Translations under genes and position numbers: made by a program
Shown here: piece by piece, positions 35,701 through 45,100 of the stretch
How positions within the stretch are numbered: position 1 is the stretch's first letter
Layout of the letters: each line of letters starts with the position of its first letter
Notes under the pieces: model-generated
Database searches by the model: none
What the model saw: only the letters and a program-made list of their open reading frames with translations
Told to the model about the DNA's origin: nothing
Source of the DNA: a virus
Lineage: Duplodnaviria > Caudoviricetes
Strand: one strand, 5' to 3'
Virus record (IMG/VR): IMGVR_UViG_3300043765_000026
Span: 1-49,702 of that record
DNA length: 49,702 nt

Positions 35701-38700
35701 ACGTCACCTCGTTCGGCATGCCGGCCTACCAGGCACCGCCGGCGGGCGGGACCGGCGCCACCGGCGGCACCAACACCAACTATATCGATCCCAGCACGGT
35801 CAACGATCCGGGCTCGCCCGCCTACGCGCAACAGCAGAACATGGACATTGGCGCTGGCGGGGGCGGCGGCAAGCGCGGCGGGCGCGCGGGACGCTTCCAG
35901 TCTGGCGGCGAGGCCAGCGCTCTCGACGCCGCCACCGTCGCCGATCTGCCCAGCGGCGATGAGGCGCCGCCCGACCTGTCGAAATTCGGCATCGCGCCGC
36001 CGTCGCCGGGTTTTATCGGTTTCGGGCAACCGTCGAGTTCGGCGGACGTACCGGAGATCGCGAAGCCGAAATCGTTCCCGCTGCGCGGTGAGGACATCCC
36101 GACGCAAGTCGGCGGCTTTGTGAAGAACCTCTCGGCCACCGACATCGCGCGCGAGGCCGCACAGAAGGCGGCGGGCAACCCGTGGCAGGCGATCTCGTCG
36201 GACACCGACCAGCCCGCACCGGCTCCTGCCGCTGCGCGGGACGAGGGCGACGAGGCGGCGGCGTTCAAGGGCTTTCCGGGACCGGCGAAGGCGCCATCCG
36301 GGCCGATCGGCATGGGCGGAGACATTACGCCGGTGGTGACGCCGAAGAAGGAAGGGCCGGTCGGCATGGGCGGGGATATCATCCCGGCCGGGGCGCCACC
36401 GGAACAGGTCGCCGCGGCTTCGCGAGCCGAGCCGCCGGAACCCGATGAGGCCGCAGCCTTCCGCGGCATGGGCGTGAAGCCGATGGGCAGGCCGGATGTC
36501 AGCGCCGTCACGGAGCAACCCGCTCCGACCACGTCGTTCCCGCCGCCGCCGCCGTCGCCCAAGACGGCGGAAGTGCCGGCACAAAGGCGAGCCGCCGCAG
36601 TCACGGCACCGGCTCCCGCGCCGGCTCCAGCGCCCGCACCGGCTCCGGCTCCCGCACCGGCTCCCGCTCCCGCACCGGCTCCCGCACCGGCTCCGGCAGC
36701 AGCACCCGCACCCGCAGCGCCGGCAGCGACACCAGCAGTCACGCCCGCAGCGCCCAGGCGCAAGCCGATCATCACCGGCGACAGCCACGGCGTGGGCTTG
36801 AACACGATGGGGTGGACGGTCAGACCGGGCCAAGGTCCGTTTGACGGCACCACGGCCAACCATCCGCGCTCCTGGGTCGACCCGGCCACCGGCCAGGCTC
36901 ATCCCGAATACGCCAACATGGATGCCGAGGTCGGGCGCAACCCGTACCAGGAATACCAGTACATCACCTCGCGGCCGGATGGTTACTGGCGCGGGCGCGA
37001 CGTTGTGCTGTCGACCGGCGTTGCCAATGACCCGAGCGCCGCCGGGGTCGCGATGGTGCCGTGGCAGATCGAGGCGCTGCGCGAGCGCGGGGCCAACATC
37101 ATCGGCATCACCGGGTTCACCAATCGCGGTGCGCAGGGCACCAACATGCAGCCGGTCTCCGACCAGGTGTCGCAGTACGCCCGTGATGCGGGAGTACCGT
37201 TTGGCGGCATCTGGTCGGGCGACATTCGTCCCAACGATCCGGTGCATCTGACTGCGGCAGGCTACAACAAGGTCGGCACGTGGTACGCGCAGGAAGCCGC
37301 CAACCCGCGCTCTCAAGGCCAGGCCACGACCCCGGCCGAGCAACTGGCACCGGGGTTCGCGCGCGATCCGAACACGTTCGGTCTGACCTATAACGGGAAA
37401 CCGCCCGACGGTTACATCGGCGGGCAAGAACCCGGCGGCGGGGCGGTTCCCTATTGGAACACCGGCAACGGCCAGGTCATCACCGGCAGTCAGGCGCAGG
37501 CGCCGGGACGCGACAATATCGTCAAGCCCGGCGAGCCCGGGGCGCTGACCCCTGCCGACGTGCAGCGCCCGGACATCCCGCAGCCCTATCCCCGGGCCGG
37601 CACCTACGGCCCGGTGCAGACCGAGGCAGGGTCGGTGCCGGTGCGCAACGCGCAGCAGATTATGAAAGCCGTAGATGATGCCAAGGCCACTCCTGCCGTT
37701 AAGCAGGCGCTCTTAAATCAGGTGTTCTACGAAGGCGGTTTCGGTAGCGAGTGGAACCCCTCGGGCATCAAGGGCGAGCACAGCTACGGCCACTGGCAGT
37801 TCAATGCGGCCGGCGAATTGCCGGGTTATCAGCGTTGGCTGCAGACCAACAATCCCAATAATTTAGACCCGCACTCGAGCTATCTGCAGACGCAGTACGT
37901 GCTGTACCGCATGGAGCAGGAGCATCCCGGCTTCTCGCAGATGACCGATGTGCATCAGATCACTGACCTCCTCAACACGCGGTTTGAGAAGTACAAGGGC
38001 TACGGCCCGGGTCAGCGCTACGGCAACCTGGAGAATGCCCAGGCGCTGATGAACGGCGACTGGTCGGCGATGAACCGGGCGGTGCATGTCAATGCCGAGC
38101 CCGGCGGCGGTATCGGCGAGAGTGGTCCCGGCACCGGGTTCAACGCGCCCGGGTTCAGAACTGCCGGCGGTGAAGGCGGCGAAGGCGGCATGGGCTATCC
38201 GGGCGGTGGCGGCTTCGGCGGCGGCTTCGGCGGTGGCGGCGGCGAAGGGGGCGGCAACTGGTACGACCGGATGATGCGCAGCCCGGGCTTGCCGCTGTTC
38301 CTCGCCGGGATCTCGACGATCGGCTCCAAGAACCCGAATGCCTTGGCCGAGGGCATAAAGGCGGCGGCACCGTATTTCACCGCCGGCGAGCGGGCCGAGG
38401 CGGCGGAAACCCGCTCAGCGGCAAGCCAACAGGTCGCGGCGGCGAAGCAGGAGGCCGCGGCGGGGGCGCTGGCGCAGAAAGGCGCGGCGCAGGAGGAAAC
38501 CGCACGCCATCACCTGGCAGAGGAACAACAGGCGGCGGCGAACCTGCAGGAGAAGTACGACAACATCCAGCGCGAGATCGCGGCCGGCAACACCAGCGCG
38601 GCGCTGCAGGAACAGAAGCTGGCAACCGAGAGCGCGCTGAAGCAGGCGCAGATCAATATCGCCACGCTGAACTCGCAGCTAAAGGCGATCAGCGTCACCA

Positions 38701-39197
38701 AGCCGATGCCCGGGTATGGCCCGAATGGTCAGCCTGGTAACTGGCAGTACGATCCCGACAAGGGCTGGAACTTCCAGGAAGGTCCCGGTGTCGGCAAGCC
38801 GGCGGCGCAGAATGCCTACGAGTTAAAGCTGGCCGAGGGTCGCAAGCTCTACCCGAACAACGAGCAAGCGGCGGCGGACTATGCGGCGGGCCAGAGCGGG
38901 TTCAAAAACGCCAGCGAAATGGACCACGAGATCAACGCGGCGGAGGCGAACCTCAAGACGCTGGACTTCTACGCCAATGCCTCGCCGGAAGTGCTGCGCC
39001 AGGCGGCGATCCGTTACGTGCTGCAGAACCGGTCGGTGCAGGCACCAGGCGCCGCGCCGGCAGCGGCTCCGGCTCCGGCGCGAGCCACCGGGGTTCCGCC
39101 AGGGGCGACGGGCCAGCGCAAGAACCCGGATGGCTCGACCACCTATTACGTGCCGGGGCAGGGGCAGGTAACGGTCCCGGCGGCACCGGCGCAGTAA
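32793..39197 (+). CDS. Large internal virion/DNA-ejection protein with SGNH-hydrolase-like and tail-lysozyme-like domains
   Basis: Pilot-protein-type N-terminus (VAGFTPDQ, Y.SPYTQNV, YPYQQLGFLS); GDSH..VVLSTG..ND..DPVH; YEGG..SYGHWQF..QTQYVL; x-x-GG repeats. Confidence 0.85.
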   Translation: MSGGGGSTQQTTTQSGPPPQVLANYQQLTGAATSLMGNPLNFYGGPMVAGFTPDQQAGFSATEQAAGSAAPFINAAAQEFGQATTPLWNQLPNISGQMPTLGNQGAQGITSGMTSAGTAGGIAAGIPGAVSPYQAAGTSYNVNPYLSPYTQNVTSALQGLFNQQNATQQSQVMGNAAAAGALGGDRQAVAQALTAGQQQTTEAPTMANVLQSGFQQAQQEANTQQGLQLQAGQLGLAGQQAALQGTLGAGQLALGAGQAGYGEFNQQQQQQLAANEANAWLGSQAGFGLASLGQEAQTTGLQGAGALEGIGGMQQQLAQEQLNIPAQQFAATQAYPYQQLGFLSPIVEGTGSLSGGQSSTTYPGQSTASQIAGLGLTGLGAYGMLNNAGVFGGGGSDFGGSVAEDFGGGGDVAAGFAPISAKRGGRIALRGGFAGGGGVGGMGMPAVPSVSDPLIPNLTGPFQTGAAGAGGGADMLPKVESDISSMGSMGIPGAPLDINLGYIPQAGPPKPGQGGNLSPMQPDVSQTTTTQTAGAGPLSFLGPLLSIGKFAAGFLKEGGRPGFDDGGDASSGSTPGMGGDLTDPTSGGMGLPKVLKAGSALDELVHPGPAVRGSGPPAPPQVPAGAGGQGGFGLPQAQSLLGGMKQVSGMFGKGSGSSSSSDGAAGDFGGGPDGQARGGRPRRQAGGAEFAGASQVPISVASQFGGAPPTMTMALQNLQEQSLERLQEMASQFPPTSQQGQMIARAIAMKKGSPGTGTTPAGLQPPSAGGMGLGALAASPAQTAAGPQQSGGSFGGTSHIQGEAEGGAVDGEPGFVTPDELDPTPQVDHSGPTVRVHYRSEGHSLDLGLPSVPEAADHEPDDAFAQPGHLHRVVGGSTSENTFAAPVTAPNGIQLPQLNTTDIGTLATKDPLTGGNYTAGGGSGNWMAPLAQWQPPGTYLDKATGSMVFPSFSGFVPGMAPIASAYGFNNVTSFGMPAYQAPPAGGTGATGGTNTNYIDPSTVNDPGSPAYAQQQNMDIGAGGGGGKRGGRAGRFQSGGEASALDAATVADLPSGDEAPPDLSKFGIAPPSPGFIGFGQPSSSADVPEIAKPKSFPLRGEDIPTQVGGFVKNLSATDIAREAAQKAAGNPWQAISSDTDQPAPAPAAARDEGDEAAAFKGFPGPAKAPSGPIGMGGDITPVVTPKKEGPVGMGGDIIPAGAPPEQVAAASRAEPPEPDEAAAFRGMGVKPMGRPDVSAVTEQPAPTTSFPPPPPSPKTAEVPAQRRAAAVTAPAPAPAPAPAPAPAPAPAPAPAPAPAPAPAAAPAPAAPAATPAVTPAAPRRKPIITGDSHGVGLNTMGWTVRPGQGPFDGTTANHPRSWVDPATGQAHPEYANMDAEVGRNPYQEYQYITSRPDGYWRGRDVVLSTGVANDPSAAGVAMVPWQIEALRERGANIIGITGFTNRGAQGTNMQPVSDQVSQYARDAGVPFGGIWSGDIRPNDPVHLTAAGYNKVGTWYAQEAANPRSQGQATTPAEQLAPGFARDPNTFGLTYNGKPPDGYIGGQEPGGGAVPYWNTGNGQVITGSQAQAPGRDNIVKPGEPGALTPADVQRPDIPQPYPRAGTYGPVQTEAGSVPVRNAQQIMKAVDDAKATPAVKQALLNQVFYEGGFGSEWNPSGIKGEHSYGHWQFNAAGELPGYQRWLQTNNPNNLDPHSSYLQTQYVLYRMEQEHPGFSQMTDVHQITDLLNTRFEKYKGYGPGQRYGNLENAQALMNGDWSAMNRAVHVNAEPGGGIGESGPGTGFNAPGFRTAGGEGGEGGMGYPGGGGFGGGFGGGGGEGGGNWYDRMMRSPGLPLFLAGISTIGSKNPNALAEGIKAAAPYFTAGERAEAAETRSAASQQVAAAKQEAAAGALAQKGAAQEETARHHLAEEQQAAANLQEKYDNIQREIAAGNTSAALQEQKLATESALKQAQINIATLNSQLKAISVTKPMPGYGPNGQPGNWQYDPDKGWNFQEGPGVGKPAAQNAYELKLAEGRKLYPNNEQAAADYAAGQSGFKNASEMDHEINAAEANLKTLDFYANASPEVLRQAAIRYVLQNRSVQAPGAAPAAAPAPARATGVPPGATGQRKNPDGSTTYYVPGQGQVTVPAAPAQ
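36604..36755 (+). repeat. (Ala-Pro)n coding tandem repeat
   Basis: Degenerate GCACCG/GCTCCC hexamer array encoding APAPAP. Confidence 0.85.
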
Positions 39198-39198
39198 C

Positions 39199-42100
39199 AT
39201 GCCGCCGCTCGACAACACCCCGTCACAAGACCCGGATGCGCTTCCGGCCGGGTTTGAGCCGATCCCGGCGCCGCCACCCGCGCCGGCTCCGGCACCGACG
39301 CACAGTGATCTGCCGGCCGGGTTTGAACCGCTCCCTGGCGCTGCGCCAGCCCCGGCCCCGGCGGACCAGGGGCCGCTCATACTGGTGCCGGGGGAGACGG
39401 ACGCGCAGGGCAACGTCATCAAGCAGGGCACGACCAACGACGAGATCTACGCCGCGCAGAAGGCTGGGCGAAAGGTCTTGCGACCTGGCGATACGGAGCC
39501 GCTCGAGCCGGTCCCGCCAAAGCCCGATGACATCGTCAAGCAGCAGGGCTGGGATCTCTCCGGCTACCAGAAGCCGCCGGAGCCGCCGGGCGTTATCAGT
39601 GAGTTCGGCCAGGCGCTGAAGAAGGGTGCCGTCGGCAGTCTGACGGCGACCGGGAAAGCTGTCACCGGGCAGGCATTCACCGATCAACCGGCCGGCGCGA
39701 AGCCGCCGCCACAGGATCCTGTCGACAAGCTCCTCAACACGCCGATCACCGAGGGCTGGTCGGACCCGCACTGGTGGATCACGCATATCGGCTACGGCGC
39801 GGGAGGGATGGCGGTCCCGGGTGCAGCGGCAGCGGCCGGGTTTGCCATCGGCGGTCCGCTCGGCGGCTTTGCCGGCGCGGCCCTTGGCACGGGCATCCAG
39901 GAACTGTGGCCGGCATACCAGCAAGCCCGCGCCGAGGGACTGCCCCATGACCAGGCGGTCGATCGCGCGATCGGCGACAGCGGTATCGCCGGGGTCACCG
40001 GCGGCCTCATGCAGGCGATCCCCGGCATGTCGTTCTTTGGCCGGGACGCGGTCGGCGCACTGCGGCGCCCGATCAGCGAAGCGCTGTCGCGGCTGTTTGC
40101 CGCGCAGCCGGCGGTGGCGGTCGCGGGCGAGGCCGCGACCCAAGCCACGCACGGCAAACTGATTACCCCGGAACAGGCGGCGGAGACTGCAGCCACCACC
40201 GTTGGCGGGGCGCTGCCGTTTGAGGCCGCGCATATGTTGCGTCCTGGCGAACGGCCGCCGGCAAGGGCGACAGGAGCGCCGCCGCCCGGTGCGCCCGGGG
40301 CACCCCCCGCAGCACCGGGAGCCGCACCGGCCCCAGCTGGCGGGCCTCCTGCAGCGCCGCCAGGGGGAGCGGCGCCAGCGGCTCCGGCACCCGGAGCACC
40401 ACCGGCCCCGGGTGACGTCATCCATCTGCCGATGGCGCGCGGTGTCGTCCAGCCGATGACCGTCGAGAGCGTCACCCCCGAGGGCTATGTCAACCTGCGG
40501 GATCCCGACGGCAACATCCACACGATGACGGCGGACGACATCGCCGCACGGCAGCAACCGCCTCCCGGTGCGCCGCCGCCCGCCGCGCCCGCCGGGCCGA
40601 CAGCCCCGGCAGAGCCGCCGCCGACCGCGCCCGGTGCGCCAGGAGGTGCTGCGGTAGCGCCTCCCGTCGCGCCACCCACGGCCCCGCCGACAGTAGCGCC
40701 GCCGGAGCCCACACCACGCCCGCCGGGGCCGGAGGGAGCCCAACCACCGCCGACAGCCAACGAGACCCTGCAGGGCATCGGTGCGGCCGAAGCGGGTGCG
40801 GCACAGGGCCGACCGCCGCCACCGGCGGCACAGGAGACGGCGGCGGCCGAAAGCGAACTGGGAGCGCAGGCGCAACCGACCCAGCGCCCGCCCGAGCCGA
40901 CCCCACGCCCTGCAGCGCCGACGGCTCCTCCCACGGCGCCCGCAGCCGAGCCGGCGGCAGAGCGACCTCCCTCTCAGCCGCCGGCCGCGCCTGCCCAGCC
41001 GCCGATCCAGCCGAGCGAGGTGCCCGCCAACGTCTTCGGCGGCGACCTGCACAACGCGCTGCAGCGGGTCTTCGGCCAGGACCCGGCACTGCCGAGCGTG
41101 TCGCTGCACGACCAGGGCTTCGCGCCGGATGAGGTCACCGCACTGCAGCGGGCCGGCATGGCGAACCCTGACGGCACGATGACCCGCGACCAGTTCGGGC
41201 AGTACCAGCAGGAGATCGCCGCGCGGCAGGAGGCGGGGCGCAAGGCGTGGGAAGAGCGGCAGAAGCAGGCCGAACCGCCGACACCGACGCACGAGGAGCC
41301 GTCGGAACCAGGCGTCCCCGAGACGATGAAGAACCTGCCCGACTTCATGCGCGACCGGGTGGGGCAGGATTACCAGCGCGCCGCGCAACACCTCCTCGTC
41401 GATCCCATTCGCGACGCCGGTGAGCGCGGGCTGACGGCACAGGAAACTGTGGCCGAGCTCGGGACGAAGCTCGACCCGATACGCCAGCAGGCGCAGGCCC
41501 AAGGCTGGGATGGCGACGCCGCCGCCTACAACCTGGTGCGCAGCGTGCGCGCCTACCTGGGGATCGAGCATCTGATCCCGTCAGCGGTGCCGGGGGCCAA
41601 GCCACCCGAAGCACCGCCGGCAGAGCCCCAGCAGAAGATGCGGCTTTACCGCGGCATCGGCGGCGGACCGTCAGGCGAGGGGGCGCCGGACGGCGGATGG
41701 TTTACGACCGACCCGACCAAGGCGGCGGGCTACGGCAAGGTCCATTACATCGATGTCGATCGCGATGACCTCAAGCACTTCGCGCAAGGGCATGGCGGGC
41801 CGGACGAGTATTTCACCGACAACAAGGAGATCATCAACCGTTCGCGCCCGCTCGAGGAAGCCGCGCCGACACCTCCTGCGCCTCGCGAAGACGAGGTCGA
41901 CGCCGAGCGCAAGAAGCTACCGGAAGGGTGGAAGATCGATTACCGCCCAGACGAGGGTTACCGGCTGGTCCGACCCGACGGGACGATCGAGACCAACGGC
42001 CCCTCGGCGGTCGGGATGTCGGAGATCGCGCACGAGGCTGCGGGCACGACCCCGATCCCGCCGGTCACGGTCAGCAATCTGCCGCCGGAACCGAAGGGAC

Positions 42101-45100
42101 CGCCGACCCCGGAAGAGATCCACCGGGTCGCCGAACTGGCGTTTGGCGCCCACCGGCACGGCGGCGCGGACGCGGCCCGTGTGGTCTTCGATGAGGCCCG
42201 GAAGCAGGGCTGGCCGCCGGAGGCGCTCGATCAGTTGCGCGAGCTCTTCGCGCGTCGCCTCGAGGACGCCGGCGTCGATTGGAAAGATGCGCAGGACGAG
42301 GCCGGCACCCGTCCCGGGACACCGACCCACGAAGCGCCGCCGGCGCATCCCAATACACCGGTCGTTACCGAAGAGACCCACACCAAGACCGGGCAGCAGA
42401 TCTATGTCGTCCGCTTCCCCAAGGGGAAGCCGTCGATCGATGGTATGGGGCCGCAGGCGCGCGGGCTCGGCGGGTATTGGTCGGCCTATCAAGGCCGGGG
42501 GATGAAGCCCGGCTGGATCTTCAAGGCGCGTGACGCGGCGGATCGGTTTGCCGCCTGGGCGACAGAGCGGCTCGGAGCGCCGCCAGGCGCCCCTGAAGCG
42601 CCGGTCGCGCCGCCTGAACCGACACCGCCTGCGCCCGAAGCCCCGGTCGGCCCGGAGACGCTGACCGCCCCGCAGCAAATCGCACAGGACGTCGCCGCGG
42701 CCCGCGCGCAGTTGCTCGCCAACCCGACCGGGCCCAAGCCCCAGGTGATGTTCCACGGTGTCGATCTGCGCATGGAGAATGCGATCGGGTCGACCCGCAG
42801 CGGCACCGGCGAGAACGGGGTGCCGTGGTCGGTCCAGATGCCGGCGGATTATGGCGAGATCAACCGCACCAAGGGGGCCGACGGCGACAAGGTCGACGCC
42901 TATCTGGGCCCCGACTACACCAGCCAGAAGGTCTTCGTCGTCGACCAGAAGAACCTCGACGGTTCCTTCGACGAGCACAAGGTGATGCTGGGCTTCCCCG
43001 ACTGGCCCTCGGCGCAGCGCACCTACCTTGCCGGGTTCTCCGACGGCTCGGGCGACGCGCGTCTCGGCAACTTCACACCGATGAATATCGATCGGTTCAA
43101 GGACTGGCTGGAGAAGGGCGACACCACGGCTGCGACCGAGCCGCAGATACCGCCCACCGACCGGCCGCATGTCGATGTTCCACGTGGAACACAGGCTCGT
43201 CTCCCGCAGCACCGGATCGCCGACTGGGTCGAAACCCAGTTGGGCCGCATCCGCCCGGAAGGCGAGGCGGCGTTCACCGCGCCCCGGTTGCTGGAGATTG
43301 CCGAGCGCGAGTACGGCTCGCCGCTGTCGGAGGGCAAGTTCACCCGCCCCGACATCTACGACGCGATGGAACTGGGGGTGAACCAGTACATCCGCACCCA
43401 TGCGATCGACTACCGCCCGGTCTTTGAGGCGCCGACCGAGAAGATGATCGTCGGCGCGCTGGAAAAGCTGAAGCTCGAGTTGCCCACCCAGACGGTGCGC
43501 GACGCCGAGAAGGAACAGATGCAGCAGTTCTCGACGCCGCCCGACTACGCGCACGTGGCGGCGTGGGTGGCGAATATCGGGCGCGGCGACAAGGTGATGG
43601 AGCCGTCAGCCGGCACCGGTTCCTTGGTGGTGCCGGCGATGAACGCCTCGCCGGCGGCGATGTACGTCAACGAGTATTCGTCCCGCCGCCAGCCGCTGGT
43701 CGAGAGCCTCAACCCCACGGGGGCGTGGCACGAGAACGCCGAGCATCTGCACGCGATCCTGCCCGAGGACGTGAAGCCGACCGTGGTGGTGATGAACCCG
43801 CCCTTTTCCCAGGCCGGCGAGCGGCTGCAGGGACGGCGCGATCTCGACATCGGCGCGACGCATGTCGAGCAAGCCTTGGAGCGGCTCGAGCCCGGCGGCC
43901 GTCTGGTGGCGATCGTCGGGCGCGGCATGGGCGAGAACCTGCCGCAGGAGGGCGGGTTCAACGCGCCGACCGGCCGGCACTTCGCCGATTGGTGGCGGCG
44001 CATCAAGTCCCAATACGACGTGCGCGCCAACATCGGCATCCCCGGCGAGGTCTACGGCAAGTACGGCACTGCCTTTGGCACCCGCCTCTTGGTGATCGAC
44101 AAGAACGCGCCCAGTGGGCGCCCGACGGTCATCGAGGAGGCCAGGAACCTCTACGACGCGATCGACAAGCTGGCAGGGGTGAGGAATGAGCGACAGCCGC
44201 TTGCAAGAGCTCCCGGTGAACAGGTGGCCGGTCAACCGCCTGGCCCTGGCGCGGCTCCTGGAGGCGGGGGAGCGCCCGGAACCGTACCTCCCCTACCTGG
44301 TCCAACTCCTGGTGGCGGGGTTCGAGGCGGAGCTCCCGGTGCCGGGCCAGGGGAACCAGTTCTGGGCGGAACTAAAGAACCAGGCGTACCAACTGTGCGA
44401 CCCCCAACTGAACCCGGTGAGGGTGGTCCGGTGGCTCCTGGGGAACCCGGAGGCGGGGGACCTAGCCCAGCAGAGCAACTCGACGGCGCACCTCCTGGAG
44501 ACGGCGTTGACCTGGCGCCAGGCGGCTCAGCGCCTAATGGAAGTGTTCTACGACCGCCAGGCAGCGCAGGATCCATACTTCCAGGTCCCGGCCGTCCCCC
44601 ACCACTAGACGAGCCGCCGCCGGTCGCGGCGACGCTCGACCAGGTGGCGGCGGATCCGGCAGGGGCGCTGACCGAAGAGGTCTACGAACCCTACAAGCCG
44701 CAGCGCATCCGGGTCGCCGGCGCCAAGGAGCATCCCGGCAAACTGGTGCAGTCGGCGGCGATGGCCTCGGTGCTGCCGCCGCCGGTCGACTACAAGGTCC
44801 GCATCCCGCAGATGCTGATTGACACCGGCGCGCTGTCGGAGGCGCAGCTTGAGGCGACGACCTACGCCGGCGCGGCCCACGAACAGATGCTGACGCAGGG
44901 GGTCGAGGTCGAGCGGGTGCCGCTGCCCGACCGGCAGCAGTACATCATCGACGAGTTCAAGGACGGCGAGAACAAGCCCTATGGCATGGGGTGGATGCTG
45001 CAATACTCGCTCGGCACCTGGATGGCGAAGACCCCGCCGGGCACCGAGCCCTACCGGGAGTTTCGCCCGCAGGGCAACGACATCTGGTCGCGCGAACAGG

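Noticed and set aside
40202-40459. +1-frame ORF in a Pro-rich linker of the giant gene
   Set aside because: No clear SD/ATG and an Arg/Pro/His-rich non-globular product; much weaker than 44186 and 49106
43169-43381. +1-frame ORF beginning MSMFHVEH as a third nested gene
   Set aside because: MFHVEH is simply the translation of the parS palindrome; the rest is shadow-like and the host frame keeps its codon bias
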